Shown: positions 50,541 through 61,532 of the stretch, in pieces
How the letters are laid out: each line of letters begins with the position of its first letter
How positions within the stretch are numbered: position 1 is the first letter of the stretch
Source: Bdellovibrionales bacterium
GTDB lineage: Bacteria > Bdellovibrionota > Bdellovibrionia > Bdellovibrionales > CAYMLA01
DNA length: 64,000 bases
Direction: 5' to 3'
NCBI GenBank assembly: GCA_965217115.1
Contig: OZ244239.1
Coordinates: forward strand, 576,001 to 640,000
The notes under the pieces: model-generated
The model's database searches: none
The model's input: only the letters and a program-made list of their open reading frames with translations
What the model was told of the DNA's origin: nothing
Made by a program: the position numbers and the translations under genes

Positions 50541-51806
50541 TCAAGGGAGATTCCCCCCTTTTTCTGTCAAAAATTTCAGCGTCAATTTTTTTCCAATATC
50601 GACACCTGGCTGATCAAAAGCATTGATTTGATAGAATTCTCCTAAAGTTCCTACTATCATTTCAAATAAAACAAACATTTGTCCAAGATGAAATTCATCG
50701 ATCTTATCCACAACTAGCTCCAAGCAGGAGACTCCCACTTGCTCCATACCTTGACGGGTAGCAATCGCTTCAGAAGAAAATAACTCAGATAACGAGCGGC
50801 CTTTAAGAAAATCTTGCCCTGAAAATAGGTTTTTCTGCAAAGACAACTCTATTTCCTCCACATCTTTAAATCTTAAGAACCAAACAAACTTGTCCTTTTG
50901 CCCCTCCATCACCTGTTGCAATAGTGAGTGCTGATCACTCGTTCCAATACAAGAAAGTGGTGTGCTGACCTTAGGCCCTTCCTCTCCAGAGCTTGTTATC
51001 TTCTTAGCTAAAGATTCGGCCCATAGTTGCTCCAACCAAGCTCCAAACTCTTTCATGTATCGACTGTAAAACCAAAACATCGTTACAAATTCTTTTCTTG
51101 AAAAACTAGTGACCGTCTGCGCGACAAGCTCCTCTATCAAACCTCTATAAGTTTTTAGAACTTGTGGAATGGATTGACGAAAACTTTCAACCTCTAGACC
51201 CAAGAACGCAGCAGGAAACATTCCTACAGGCGTTAACACAGAAAATCTTCCCCCTACATTTTCAGAAATTTCTAATCTAGGGACGTCATTCTCATTAGCC
51301 CATTGATTCAAAGGATTTAATTTTTCTTCAGAAATCACAATGGCTTTTTTAGCTAAATCAATGCCTTTTTTCAGTAATTCTTGGGATACAAAGTTTGTAA
51401 GTGCTAAGGTCTCTAAAGTCCTACCGCTTTTAGAAATTAAGACCCAGCCCGTTCGCGACCAATCGATTTCTTTTGACATCAATTCTAAAAAAACGATGGG
51501 ATCTACATTATCTAAAAAATAAAGCCTTTTATGCCGTCGAAAATCCTTCAACTGCCTTTTAACTCCAAGCATCTCATCAATTACACGAACCCCTAAAGAG
51601 CTTCCTCCAATACCCACAATAACCAATTGATCATATTTCTCCCGAAACTCTTTTCCCCTCTCAGTACTTTCTCTCCAAAATTTCCCTTTCTCATGCAGGC
51701 GAAAAAAATCCACATCTTCACGTTGTAAAAGCTGATCGTAGGCCAAATTGACCTGTTTCCTTAAATTTTCACCGATAGAGGTATTATTAGATTTGAAATG
51801 AATCAT
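50541..51806 (-). CDS. pgi: glucose-6-phosphate isomerase
   Basis: GIGGSSLG, ISKSG, VGGRFSV, QLWAES, DQHS, FDQPGV. Confidence 0.93.
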   Translation of the reverse strand: MIHFKSNNTSIGENLRKQVNLAYDQLLQREDVDFFRLHEKGKFWRESTERGKEFREKYDQLVIVGIGGSSLGVRVIDEMLGVKRQLKDFRRHKRLYFLDNVDPIVFLELMSKEIDWSRTGWVLISKSGRTLETLALTNFVSQELLKKGIDLAKKAIVISEEKLNPLNQWANENDVPRLEISENVGGRFSVLTPVGMFPAAFLGLEVESFRQSIPQVLKTYRGLIEELVAQTVTSFSRKEFVTMFWFYSRYMKEFGAWLEQLWAESLAKKITSSGEEGPKVSTPLSCIGTSDQHSLLQQVMEGQKDKFVWFLRFKDVEEIELSLQKNLFSGQDFLKGRSLSELFSSEAIATRQGMEQVGVSCLELVVDKIDEFHLGQMFVLFEMIVGTLGEFYQINAFDQPGVDIGKKLTLKFLTEKGGNLP

Positions 51807-52867
51807 CCCTTCTCCTGTTTATCGGGTAACAACACATTAATTTTCATTTTTACATAAAAAACTGCACCTAAAAGGCCCCACATTAAACTCATCATTTGAA
51901 ACAACGTCATAATATTAGGGCCCACATCAGATTCAACTCCTGTTTGATGCTTAATCAAAAAATAAATAGCGGCTTGTCCAACTCCAATACCTGCTGGAGC
52001 TAGAGGGAGAGTCGTTGCCAAAAGAGCTAACGGCATCGCAAATAGATAAACAAATAAAGGAAAATGAGCCCCTGAACCCTCTGCCAAGCTTTCTGCAAGG
52101 TTCTCTCCCATTAATTCACCACCTAGGTAAAATGCAAATATAACTGGGCACAACTGTGACAATAAACTTAATAATACGCCCATTGAAATGACCCGAGGGT
52201 TTTTGCCATACAAGTGAAAGGCCATTAGTAACCTACAGAATCTATTAATCCAATATTTACTTTTTAACTTATTTCCACCGTTTTCTATAACGTTTTTTTT
52301 CAATATTGTACTCTCTAAATACCTGTAAACCCAGTTAGAGAAGCCCAAACCAGAGAAAAGAAGGATTGCTACCAAGAGCCCCAAAACTCCCCAAAAAAAG
52401 ACAGTCATCTCTCCTGTCTTCCAAATATGATTCCACTGATAAAACATCACTCCAAGGGCAAGTAAAAGCATAGCAACCAGACCAAACACCCGATCTATCA
52501 AAACTGTCATACCTGCATTGATCTTATGTTGAGGGTATTTTTTTATAATGTAATACCCTTTTATAACATCTCCACCGACTCCTCCTGGAACAGCAAAATT
52601 AAAAAACTGCCCTATAAGAGTCAAACGAAATACCTCTTTAAAAGAGAGGATTATGCCCTTTGAATCAAGTAAGATCTTCCAACGCCAGTTGTTCAAAACA
52701 AGTTGTAAAAAAACAAAAAAGGCACAAATCACCCCGCCTTTAACCGTTATTGTTTCAAAAAGAAAAGTAACATCCAACATTCCATTATTAAAGAGCCAAG
52801 TCATCAGACCAACGGCTATGACTAACTTCAATAACGAAGGAATAACTGCCTTTAATTTTTTTTTCAT
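51803..52867 (-). CDS. lysylphosphatidylglycerol synthase TM-domain (flippase-like) protein
   Basis: RWKILL, FFNFAVPGGVGGDVIK, PLAPAGIGV. Confidence 0.85.
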   Translation of the reverse strand: MKKKLKAVIPSLLKLVIAVGLMTWLFNNGMLDVTFLFETITVKGGVICAFFVFLQLVLNNWRWKILLDSKGIILSFKEVFRLTLIGQFFNFAVPGGVGGDVIKGYYIIKKYPQHKINAGMTVLIDRVFGLVAMLLLALGVMFYQWNHIWKTGEMTVFFWGVLGLLVAILLFSGLGFSNWVYRYLESTILKKNVIENGGNKLKSKYWINRFCRLLMAFHLYGKNPRVISMGVLLSLLSQLCPVIFAFYLGGELMGENLAESLAEGSGAHFPLFVYLFAMPLALLATTLPLAPAGIGVGQAAIYFLIKHQTGVESDVGPNIMTLFQMMSLMWGLLGAVFYVKMKINVLLPDKQEKG

Positions 52868-53592
52868 CTAAACCTATACGCTTGTATCAAAATAAATTCA
52901 CCACATCGTTGTTGGTGATGGAGCATTGCACACGTTCATGGTGTTTTTTACTAAATAACGACGACTTCCCTTCAATTATCTCGCTAAAATAACCACAAGA
53001 GCCTTCTTCCGCCACTATTTCTAAAATGACGCTGCGCTCTGTTTTGTTGTGGCCCTCCACACTTTCAAAACACCTATGAACGACTCCACGATAGAGAGTA
53101 CAGAATCACCATAAAATAAGATATGAGCCTCTGTGAAAGAAATCCAAAAAAATAAATGTCGTATAAACAGTCAGAAAAATATCCCCAAACATATCACATC
53201 ATAATTAACAGCTAGATACGGGGCGCACTTTAAAATCACTTTTCACAGGCGTTCAAAGATAATCAAAAACCTACAAGAAGAACTTACTGTTAAAAAAAAA
53301 GGATATAAAACGGCTATAATAGATATTAAATTGGAAGGGTACAGACCTGATACTATCGTAAAAACCATTGATTTGATTTCTATTTTCTACATGCAATACA
53401 CTCTTAAAAAACGGGCTAGTACGACTTCTGTTATAATTATTGATTCCGCTATGGCACTGAGTGAAACAGTGAAACCCAGAAAACTTCTTTCTATACTTAT
53501 TAGTTTAGTACCATTTTAGGCTTTTTCTCATCTCTCACTCTTATTCTTATTCGTGAAGCATAGGCACAAAAATAAAAAAATCAAAGAAATCT

Positions 53593-54681
53593 TCAAACTG
53601 AGGCCAAAACTATTTTGGTCACTTTTTTTATATCTTCATAACTCAAATAAGGATGCATGGGTAAGCTCACTACTCTCTGTGCCACATCCTCAGCATTAGG
53701 TGTCGATACATTCCCATAGCCCATCTCCTGGTAAATAGGTTGTTTATGCAAGGGGATCGGATAGTGCACTGCTGTGGGAATTCCTTGCCTCTTCATATTC
53801 TCAATAAATTTCTCTCTATCTGGAACCTCAATAGTGTACTGAGCAAAGACTGACGTCCGTCCCTCCTTAATCAAAGGTGTCTTCACATGGTCTTGCAGAA
53901 GTTCAGTGTACCACTCGCCAACTTGAGCTCTTTTCTTAACCTCTTCAGGGAAAATTTCTAATTTACATAATAAAATGGCTGCTTGTAATGTATCCAAACG
54001 TCCATTAATTCCTATCAAAGTATGGGTGTATCTGGCTGACTGACCATGATTCACTAATTCTCTCAAAGTCTTAGCTAATTGATCGTCATTGGTAAAACAA
54101 GCACCTCCATCTCCATATCCAGCAAAGGGCTTAGATGGGAAAAAGCTTGTACAAGCAATGGTCGACAAACCACAAGATTTCTTATTTCCATACTCTGCTC
54201 CAAACGATTGTGCCCCGTCTTCTATAACAGGAATTCCATGCTTATTTGCAATAACGTTAATCCCATCCATATCAGAGCACTGACCATAGAGGCTCACAGG
54301 AATAATTGCCTTCGTTTTATCAGTGATTTTTTCTTCTATTTTTTTCCCATCAATATTATACGTGTCAGGCTCAATATCGACAAAAATAGCCTTAGCTCCT
54401 AGGAGAGAGATCACCTCCCCCGTCGCAAAAAATGTGAACGGTGTGGTGATAACTTCATCTCCAGATTTGACACCTAAAGCCAAGAGGGCCAACAAGAGAG
54501 CATCCGTGCCATTGGAGCACCCAATACAGTGCCTTACTCCCACATACGCACTGAGCTTCTTTTCCAATTCTCCAATTTCAGGCCCATTGATATACTGCCC
54601 ATGGGATAACACATCTTGAATTTTCTTGTCTATCTGGGGCTTAATCAGAGATTGCTGTGTTTTAAGATCTATAAAGTCCAT
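53593..54681 (-). CDS. DegT/DnrJ/EryC1/StrS sugar aminotransferase (WbpE-like)
   Basis: NGTDAL, EDGAQS, SFFPSK, GDGGA, NGRLD. Confidence 0.95.
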   Translation of the reverse strand: MDFIDLKTQQSLIKPQIDKKIQDVLSHGQYINGPEIGELEKKLSAYVGVRHCIGCSNGTDALLLALLALGVKSGDEVITTPFTFFATGEVISLLGAKAIFVDIEPDTYNIDGKKIEEKITDKTKAIIPVSLYGQCSDMDGINVIANKHGIPVIEDGAQSFGAEYGNKKSCGLSTIACTSFFPSKPFAGYGDGGACFTNDDQLAKTLRELVNHGQSARYTHTLIGINGRLDTLQAAILLCKLEIFPEEVKKRAQVGEWYTELLQDHVKTPLIKEGRTSVFAQYTIEVPDREKFIENMKRQGIPTAVHYPIPLHKQPIYQEMGYGNVSTPNAEDVAQRVVSLPMHPYLSYEDIKKVTKIVLASV

Positions 54682-54781
54682 GATTCTCTCTCTTTTTTCA
54701 TATTGAGGTTACTTCTGAATAATTATAAGATAACTATGTCTAAAAACAAAATGAACTTTTCCTAAAAAAAGGATTTATACA

Positions 54782-56029
54782 GTGAGCCGTATTCTACAAA
54801 CCATTCTAGGCGGCACTTTTTTTCTTTATCTGTTTTCTCTCCCCCTATCTATAACGGGTCTAGAGATGTTTTCATGGCTCTCAGTCATTCTCTTCTGTTT
54901 TGCTCTTCTATTTAAAAACCCTTATTTTCTCGCCTCTTCAAAACAATTCAACTTTAAAAGGATATACTGGGCCCTTCCATTTATTGGAGTTATTCTGCTT
55001 GAGATATTCTTAGCCCCAAATATCCCAAAGAAACACCAATTCTATATCATCGGAGAACTCAGATGGGGTGTTCTTCTCTTTTTTCTTCCTGTGCTTTTAT
55101 TTCATTTTTGGAGTAAAGGAGAGAAAGTATTTTCAATTTTCTGTGCGATTCTCACATTGAGCGCTTCTTACGCTATTATACAGTCTTTCACAGGCCTTGA
55201 TCTACTCAGTGACTCCGACTATTTTCCCCTCAAGTCAGGAGGCCTATGGCGTGCGAAAGGTTTACTCGAAATCATGACCTATTCCCATTCCATCTCCATG
55301 CTATTTCTCTTTGTCTACTCTACCATTCTTCTGAATTGGGGGAATAAAAAGTGGCTTATTCCATGTGTGATTCTCATAGGAGTAAGCCTCGTTCTCACTT
55401 TCACCCGTGGCATGTGGTTATCACTCTCTATTGCTACAATTACAATCACCTTCATAGTTCATCGCCAGAAGGCCCTACATCTCATTGGAATTGGTGTAGG
55501 ATTAATCTCTGTTTTAGTGTTAACAGTTGATGAAATACAGCATCGTCTTTTACTCACATTTAATTTCTCTGATTCATCCACCTCCGCACGATTTCAGTTA
55601 TGGAAAGCCAATTGGAATATATTTCTCGATCACCCCTTCTTTGGAGTTGGGTTTCAACGGAATAAAGCCCATCTTCCCCAGTATTACAAATCTCTGGGAA
55701 TAGAAGACGGCATGATCAGCCACGCTCATAACAATTATTTCAGTGTTTTAGCTGGCACGGGACTTTTTGGCTTTATTGCTTATTTAGTATTTGCATTTGG
55801 CTTTTTTAAAATAGCCTCCTCTCTTTGGAGAAACCACCGTTGCCTGCCTCTCTTTGATCAGGTCATTGTTCTCGGAAGCCTCGGAGCATTGATTAATTTT
55901 CATATCGGTGGACTCACAGAGTGTAACTATTTAGATATAGAGGTGTTCCACACCTACATTATCGTTCTCAGCCTACTCATTGCCGTTCTCAATAGATACG
56001 AAAAACAAAGTAATTACAGTACTTTATAG
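54782..56029 (+). CDS. O-antigen ligase family protein
   Basis: polytopic; TFTRG, HPFFGVG, HAHNNY. Confidence 0.88.
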   Translation: MSRILQTILGGTFFLYLFSLPLSITGLEMFSWLSVILFCFALLFKNPYFLASSKQFNFKRIYWALPFIGVILLEIFLAPNIPKKHQFYIIGELRWGVLLFFLPVLLFHFWSKGEKVFSIFCAILTLSASYAIIQSFTGLDLLSDSDYFPLKSGGLWRAKGLLEIMTYSHSISMLFLFVYSTILLNWGNKKWLIPCVILIGVSLVLTFTRGMWLSLSIATITITFIVHRQKALHLIGIGVGLISVLVLTVDEIQHRLLLTFNFSDSSTSARFQLWKANWNIFLDHPFFGVGFQRNKAHLPQYYKSLGIEDGMISHAHNNYFSVLAGTGLFGFIAYLVFAFGFFKIASSLWRNHRCLPLFDQVIVLGSLGALINFHIGGLTECNYLDIEVFHTYIIVLSLLIAVLNRYEKQSNYSTL

Positions 56030-56067
56030 AGCTTGTCATCATACCTATCTTGTCATACATTGGGCAC

Positions 56068-57951
56068 ATGCTTCATCGAGTCGATTCCCTTTTTCCGTCA
56101 CCCTATGCACGTCGAGCTATTATCATCGCTTATGATGCTCTCTGTATTCTATTGGCTTATTATTTAGCCTATGCTCTCCGTTTTGAATCCTTCTCTATCA
56201 CTGAATTTGATTCGCCTTTTTTTGTACAGAACTGCTTGTTCAACTTTTTTTTACAACTCTCTACTGTCGCTATCATGGGCATTCATAGAGGTCTATGGAG
56301 ATTTTCTAGCACCTCTGATCTCACTCTCATTATCAAAGCTGTCATTACAGCTATAACTATTTCCTTTGTAGGAACTTTTCTTCTAAATCGCCTGGAGGGC
56401 ACTCCTCGGTCAGTCTACCTTATCGACAGCTTACTGCTTATTATTTCTTTAAGTGGGGGCCGCTTTGCCTACAGAATATTTAAACAAAAATCTAATACAA
56501 AACACTCGAAAAATGCCATTCTTGTCGGCGCTGGTTTTGCTGGAGAACAACTCATCCGAGAATTTAAAAGAAACTCTCATAATATGGAGTACAACATCTC
56601 CTGCATATTAGATGATGATCCTAAAAAAATAAACAGCACCGTTCACGGAATTAAAATCAGAGGAATCATTGATGAACTCCCTAAATTTTGTGAAAAATAC
56701 CAGGCCCAACTCATCTTTATTGCAATTCCCTCTGCTTCTAATAACACCATCCGCCACATTTATTCTTTAGCTAAAAAAACTGCCATAAAGGTCCACACTC
56801 TCCCACCCATCACTGATCTCTTGAGTGGAAAAATCTCCTTTAAACAAATGCGTGAAGTACAGGTTGAAGATCTTGTCGGTCGTAATACTGTCGATCTCCA
56901 TATCAATAATATGGCTCACACTCACAGAGATAAAATCATTTTAATCACTGGTGCAGGAGGCTCTATTGGCTCCGAGCTTTGCAGGCAAGTTCTCAAATAC
57001 CACCCGCGAAAACTCATCATGGTAGATAATAGCGAGTTTAACATCTACAAAATAATCGAAGAATTCACTCCCTATGAGAACTCAACTAAATTGGAGTTCT
57101 TCACTGACAGTGTTTATGACCAGGAACTCATGGATACTATCTTCGATCAACACTCCCCTAATATAGTATATCATGCTGCCGCCTATAAGCACGTTCCTAT
57201 CATGGAGCAAAACCCCCTCTCAGCAATTAAAACAAATATTTTAGGAACATACATTATTTCTCGTTTGGCTGTAAGACATCATGTGGATAAATTCATTTTA
57301 ATTTCTACAGATAAGGCCGTCAATCCAACTAACATTATGGGCACAACAAAAAGAATCGCTGAGATGATCTGTGAGAAACAAAATATGGAGAAAAAAACGA
57401 CTTTCTCCATGGTTCGTTTTGGCAATGTGCTAGGAAGCTCAGGCTCTGTCATCCCCAAATTTAAAAAACAAATTGCTCAAGGTGGTCCTGTTACTGTCAC
57501 CCATCCTGAAGTCACCCGTTTTTTTATGACTATTCCAGAGGCCTCACAATTAGTTATTCAAGCAGGATGTCTTGCTAAGGGTGGTGAAATCTTTGTGCTC
57601 GATATGGGCACTCCCATCAAAATTGCTGATCTGGCCAAAGAGCTCATCAATCTAGCTGGTTACGAAGTCGACACTGAGATAGAGATAAAATACACAGGCC
57701 TTAAACCTGGAGAAAAACTCTACGAAGAGGTTTTATCTGACAGCGAGTCCACTCGCCCCACAACTCATACCATGGTTCGTGTCGCCCAGACACGTCCTCT
57801 ACCTGAGCAATTTGATAAACTATTTAAGGAAATTATTAATCTCCCACCAAAAATATCCAAAAATGAGACTCGACGTCTTCTCAAAGAACTTGTTACTGAG
57901 TACTCTCCACAGTATGACAGTCAAATTCTCGATCTATCAGGAGAAAACTAG
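56068..57951 (+). CDS. membrane-bound nucleotide-sugar 4,6-dehydratase (PglF/WbpM/CapD family)
   Basis: 4 TMs, TGAGGSIGSEL, HAAAYKHVP, STDKAV, RFGNVLGS. Confidence 0.95.
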   Translation: MLHRVDSLFPSPYARRAIIIAYDALCILLAYYLAYALRFESFSITEFDSPFFVQNCLFNFFLQLSTVAIMGIHRGLWRFSSTSDLTLIIKAVITAITISFVGTFLLNRLEGTPRSVYLIDSLLLIISLSGGRFAYRIFKQKSNTKHSKNAILVGAGFAGEQLIREFKRNSHNMEYNISCILDDDPKKINSTVHGIKIRGIIDELPKFCEKYQAQLIFIAIPSASNNTIRHIYSLAKKTAIKVHTLPPITDLLSGKISFKQMREVQVEDLVGRNTVDLHINNMAHTHRDKIILITGAGGSIGSELCRQVLKYHPRKLIMVDNSEFNIYKIIEEFTPYENSTKLEFFTDSVYDQELMDTIFDQHSPNIVYHAAAYKHVPIMEQNPLSAIKTNILGTYIISRLAVRHHVDKFILISTDKAVNPTNIMGTTKRIAEMICEKQNMEKKTTFSMVRFGNVLGSSGSVIPKFKKQIAQGGPVTVTHPEVTRFFMTIPEASQLVIQAGCLAKGGEIFVLDMGTPIKIADLAKELINLAGYEVDTEIEIKYTGLKPGEKLYEEVLSDSESTRPTTHTMVRVAQTRPLPEQFDKLFKEIINLPPKISKNETRRLLKELVTEYSPQYDSQILDLSGEN

Positions 57952-57979
57952 TAATGACTTACATCATATTGGTTACATC

Positions 57980-58540
57980 GTGAAAAGATTTATTGATTTG
58001 TTATTGCTCATCCTAACTATTCCATTAACAGGAACATTAATCATTTTTCTAATTCCAATCATGAGGGTATCTTCAAGGGGGCCCATATTATTCTGGTCAG
58101 ACAGGGTTGGTCTTAATAATAAAATCTTTAGAATGCCTAAACTACGTACTATGAAGGTGAATGCGCCAGTCATCGCGACACATCTTATAAAGAATCCTGA
58201 CGAGCTTCTAACTCCTATTGGTGCCTTCCTGAGGTCATCTAGTTTAGATGAATTACCTCAACTATGGTGTGTCCTTATAGGTGAGATGAGTTTTGTTGGC
58301 CCAAGACCTGCCCTTTTTAATCAATATGATTTAGTTAATCTAAGAACACAACATGGCATTGACAAGGTCTTGCCTGGCTTAACTGGTTGGGCACAAATTA
58401 ATGGCCGGGATGAAATCTCGATACCTCAAAAAGTCAAACTTGACCTTTATTACAAGCAGAAGCAGTCAGTATTTTTTGATATGAAGATCATTTTAAAAAC
58501 GTTTCTCAATATTATTATAGCTCAAGATGTCTCACATTAA
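57980..58540 (+). CDS. undecaprenyl-phosphate sugar phosphotransferase (PglC-type)
   Basis: KRFID, KLRTM, SLDELPQL, GEMSFVGPRP, PGLTGWAQ. Confidence 0.93.
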   Translation: MKRFIDLLLLILTIPLTGTLIIFLIPIMRVSSRGPILFWSDRVGLNNKIFRMPKLRTMKVNAPVIATHLIKNPDELLTPIGAFLRSSSLDELPQLWCVLIGEMSFVGPRPALFNQYDLVNLRTQHGIDKVLPGLTGWAQINGRDEISIPQKVKLDLYYKQKQSVFFDMKIILKTFLNIIIAQDVSH

Positions 58541-58621
58541 AATGACCATACTCTCAGAACGATGTTTAAAAAATATAGTTTTTAGGAATTTGAAGATAAC
58601 TTTATTCAATCTAAACACGGC

Positions 58622-60103
58622 CTAGTTATCAATTCTTCTGCCATTCTCGGTATTAATAAATCTGTGGTTTAAATTTGATTCAAAAGGTAGGTCTTTTATA
58701 AATTTAGCTTTATCAAAAGAATCTAAAACATCTAAAGTCGTTTTTACAAACAAATCTATGGGAGATTCTTCGTTATTTACTGTTAAAGATTCAATTTTAA
58801 GTTTCTTCCTATCCTCTTTTAATGAATCGCTTACTTGAATTTCATCTAATAAAGAAAATAAATCTCCCTTATACAAATCAAAATAATATGCTGCACGAGA
58901 AAGGCTATTGTTATTCAAGAATTGATTTCTATCACTAAAAGTATCAATTAGTATATAGGGTTTTAGAGAGTACAGCCAGTCTCCCACAGTGCTCGAAATA
59001 TCAGACAAAAGACAGTCTGAAGAATTGATACAATCAGTAATATTTTCATAAGTTGAATCAAATTTGGAATGATTTACGACACAATGACCATTAGAAGTTT
59101 TTAACCCTTCTCGTTTATTGATTTTCAATAATATAGAAGCTATTTTATTTATTATTCGTACCTGAGAAAAATCTTTATAGGAATACGGATGAGGTCTAAA
59201 AATAATTCGGTAACTTTTTTTCAATAATATTCGAACAATTTTTTCTGCTTCATGGATAGATGTAAAATTACTTCCATTATCATAACCTGACCAAGTTGTT
59301 GTATAAAAAACCGTTCCTTTGAAGTTTTTGGAAGATAATACCGGAAATTTTTCAATAAGTACATCAGAACACTGGGGGCGACTGACAAATTTAAATTTGT
59401 ACTCTGGAATGTTAACTCCATTATATCTATAACGATCTTTAGCGGTTTTTCCACTAACAAATATGAAGTCATACATCTGAGAAACTGGATTATAACTTGG
59501 TGGCTTGTCACTCTCACCATGTAATAATTGAACATGAGTCAATTCACTGAATTTGACCATATGGGTATTGCACTCTGCATTGTTTACATAGAACACAGAC
59601 CTGAAACTATACTTCTTAATAGATTTTTCGATTTCTCGAATAGATCGACAAAGCAATACTGGTTCTTTTATCTGTTTAAAAAAGGAATAATAATAATATT
59701 TTCTCCGTAAAATAATCGCATAACTTTTATTCAGAAGCTTCAAATAAGGTAGCCACATCAGAACTTGTTGCTTACTATTTTCTGGGGCATCAAAATAAAT
59801 CACAAAATCCAATTTTTGCACCCGCACGCTTTTTTTTCCACTGTCTATTAGATAAAATTGCCATTTTTTTGTGAGCTTTTTTAACGGTAGCAAAAGAACT
59901 GACATATTATTTTTTATAAAGAAATAATAATATTTTAGAAAAACACGTAACCTTACTTCAAAAACGTCTAATAATACATATAACAGAAATGAAAAGTAAA
60001 TAAAATTAACTTCAATAGAGATAAAACTAAAGATAACAACAGCTAAAGATGCTATCAAAATAGCTAATACAAATTTAACAACCCAAAAGTTTTTAGTATC
60101 CAT
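58622..60103 (-). CDS. TagF-like CDP-polyol phosphotransferase family protein
   Basis: QLLHGESDK, YTTTWSG, FRPHP, LLSDISS. Confidence 0.75.
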   Translation of the reverse strand: MDTKNFWVVKFVLAILIASLAVVIFSFISIEVNFIYFSFLLYVLLDVFEVRLRVFLKYYYFFIKNNMSVLLLPLKKLTKKWQFYLIDSGKKSVRVQKLDFVIYFDAPENSKQQVLMWLPYLKLLNKSYAIILRRKYYYYSFFKQIKEPVLLCRSIREIEKSIKKYSFRSVFYVNNAECNTHMVKFSELTHVQLLHGESDKPPSYNPVSQMYDFIFVSGKTAKDRYRYNGVNIPEYKFKFVSRPQCSDVLIEKFPVLSSKNFKGTVFYTTTWSGYDNGSNFTSIHEAEKIVRILLKKSYRIIFRPHPYSYKDFSQVRIINKIASILLKINKREGLKTSNGHCVVNHSKFDSTYENITDCINSSDCLLSDISSTVGDWLYSLKPYILIDTFSDRNQFLNNNSLSRAAYYFDLYKGDLFSLLDEIQVSDSLKEDRKKLKIESLTVNNEESPIDLFVKTTLDVLDSFDKAKFIKDLPFESNLNHRFINTENGRRIDN

Positions 60104-60106
60104 TAA

Positions 60107-60823
60107 TTAAAGCCTTACTACGAGGTTTTCGCTATCAACAAATCGTCCCGTATCACTCAGTAGTAATTTAACTACGTCAGCAACATGCTCTGGCTGCATA
60201 ATAGTTGAAAAATCTTCATCTGGAGCTAAAGTTCTTCTTAAATTTGTCGCACATCGACCTGGAGAAATAGATGTTACACGGATGCCCAAAGGAAGAAGCT
60301 CCTCTCTTAAAGATTCACTCATCGCAATAAGAGCTGCCTTAGAACTTGAATAAGTTAACCATCCCCCACGCCCCTTAATACCAGCTGTAGAAGCAATATT
60401 TATAATGTGAGAAAATTTATTTCCTGCTTGTAATAGCTTTTGCACCATCAAGAAAGGAGCAAAGAGATTGACATCAATACTCTGTTTTAACTCTTCATAA
60501 TTTGCTTCAAAAATAGTTTTCGGAGAAGTAAACCCTGCATTATTAATTAAAATGTTAATATCTCTCTTTTCTGCAATGAGCTGATCTAAAAAAAAATGAA
60601 CTTCTTCATGGTTTCCCAAGTCACAGTGGACGGTCACCACTTCTTGTTGTGGCCTTGATTTGCGTTTGAGTTCAGAAACCAGGTTTTCAAAATCTTCTGA
60701 CTCTCTGGCTACTAATAGAATTTTTAAGGCTTCTTCTTTCAAAAACATCTGAGATAGAGCAGCACCTATGCCCCTAGATGCACCTGTAACCATAATTGTC
60801 TTTCCAGCAATATTTCCAGACAT
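60107..60823 (-). CDS. SDR oxidoreductase, putative ribulose-5-phosphate reductase
   Basis: TGASRGIG, NNAG, YSSSK, PGRCATNLR; overlaps the cytidylyltransferase stop. Confidence 0.8.
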   Translation of the reverse strand: MSGNIAGKTIMVTGASRGIGAALSQMFLKEEALKILLVARESEDFENLVSELKRKSRPQQEVVTVHCDLGNHEEVHFFLDQLIAEKRDINILINNAGFTSPKTIFEANYEELKQSIDVNLFAPFLMVQKLLQAGNKFSHIINIASTAGIKGRGGWLTYSSSKAALIAMSESLREELLPLGIRVTSISPGRCATNLRRTLAPDEDFSTIMQPEHVADVVKLLLSDTGRFVDSENLVVRL

Positions 60824-61506
60824 CAAGAACTCTTCCCCGAATCTGTAAGTAAAAACTCAGCAATATGAATATCTAATGGAGTCGTCACCTTTATATTTTT
60901 CTCAGATCCTTTTATAATTTGAACTCTTCCTCCGTTAGCAAACACTAAGGAGGCATCTTCAGTGTAATTTGCCCCCTCTTTCAAGGCCCTAACATGAGCT
61001 CTTCGAAGTTCGTCAGATGTGAATTTTTGCGGAAGCTGAACATTAATTAATCGATCTCTATCTAAAATTTCACTTATGCAGTTATTTTTTTTATCAGCCT
61101 CCAAAACAGTGAATGGAACTGGAAGTACATACGTTACATTCTGGACTGGATGTTCAATAAGATCAATGAACTCCTGTTCTGTCACCAAAGGACGAGCTGC
61201 TTCGTGTAATATTACAGTCTCAGTTGTACAAACATCAAGCATTCGGCGGACAGAATCTTGACGAGTTTGACCAGCTGACACAAACTCAATAGGTTTTTGG
61301 ATAGCGTATTTTGAAGTAAGATTTTGTAATTTATCTAACCAGCCGTCAGGGTAATTCACAACAATTTTGGTAATAGCATCGATATTACAGGCAATACGCA
61401 ATGAATATATAAAAAGAGGTATGGACTTTACTCTGATAAATTGCTTTGGGGTTTCACCGCCAATCCTTCGGCCAAGTCCACCATTAAGTAACAATAACGT
61501 TGCCAT
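60823..61506 (-). CDS. IspD/TarI family cytidylyltransferase
   Basis: GGLGRRIG..PKQF, GQTRQDSV, HEAARP, QLPQKF, NIKVTTPLD. Confidence 0.9.
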   Translation of the reverse strand: MATLLLLNGGLGRRIGGETPKQFIRVKSIPLFIYSLRIACNIDAITKIVVNYPDGWLDKLQNLTSKYAIQKPIEFVSAGQTRQDSVRRMLDVCTTETVILHEAARPLVTEQEFIDLIEHPVQNVTYVLPVPFTVLEADKKNNCISEILDRDRLINVQLPQKFTSDELRRAHVRALKEGANYTEDASLVFANGGRVQIIKGSEKNIKVTTPLDIHIAEFLLTDSGKSS

Positions 61507-61532
61507 AAACACCTCGTAATTGCGTTATAACT

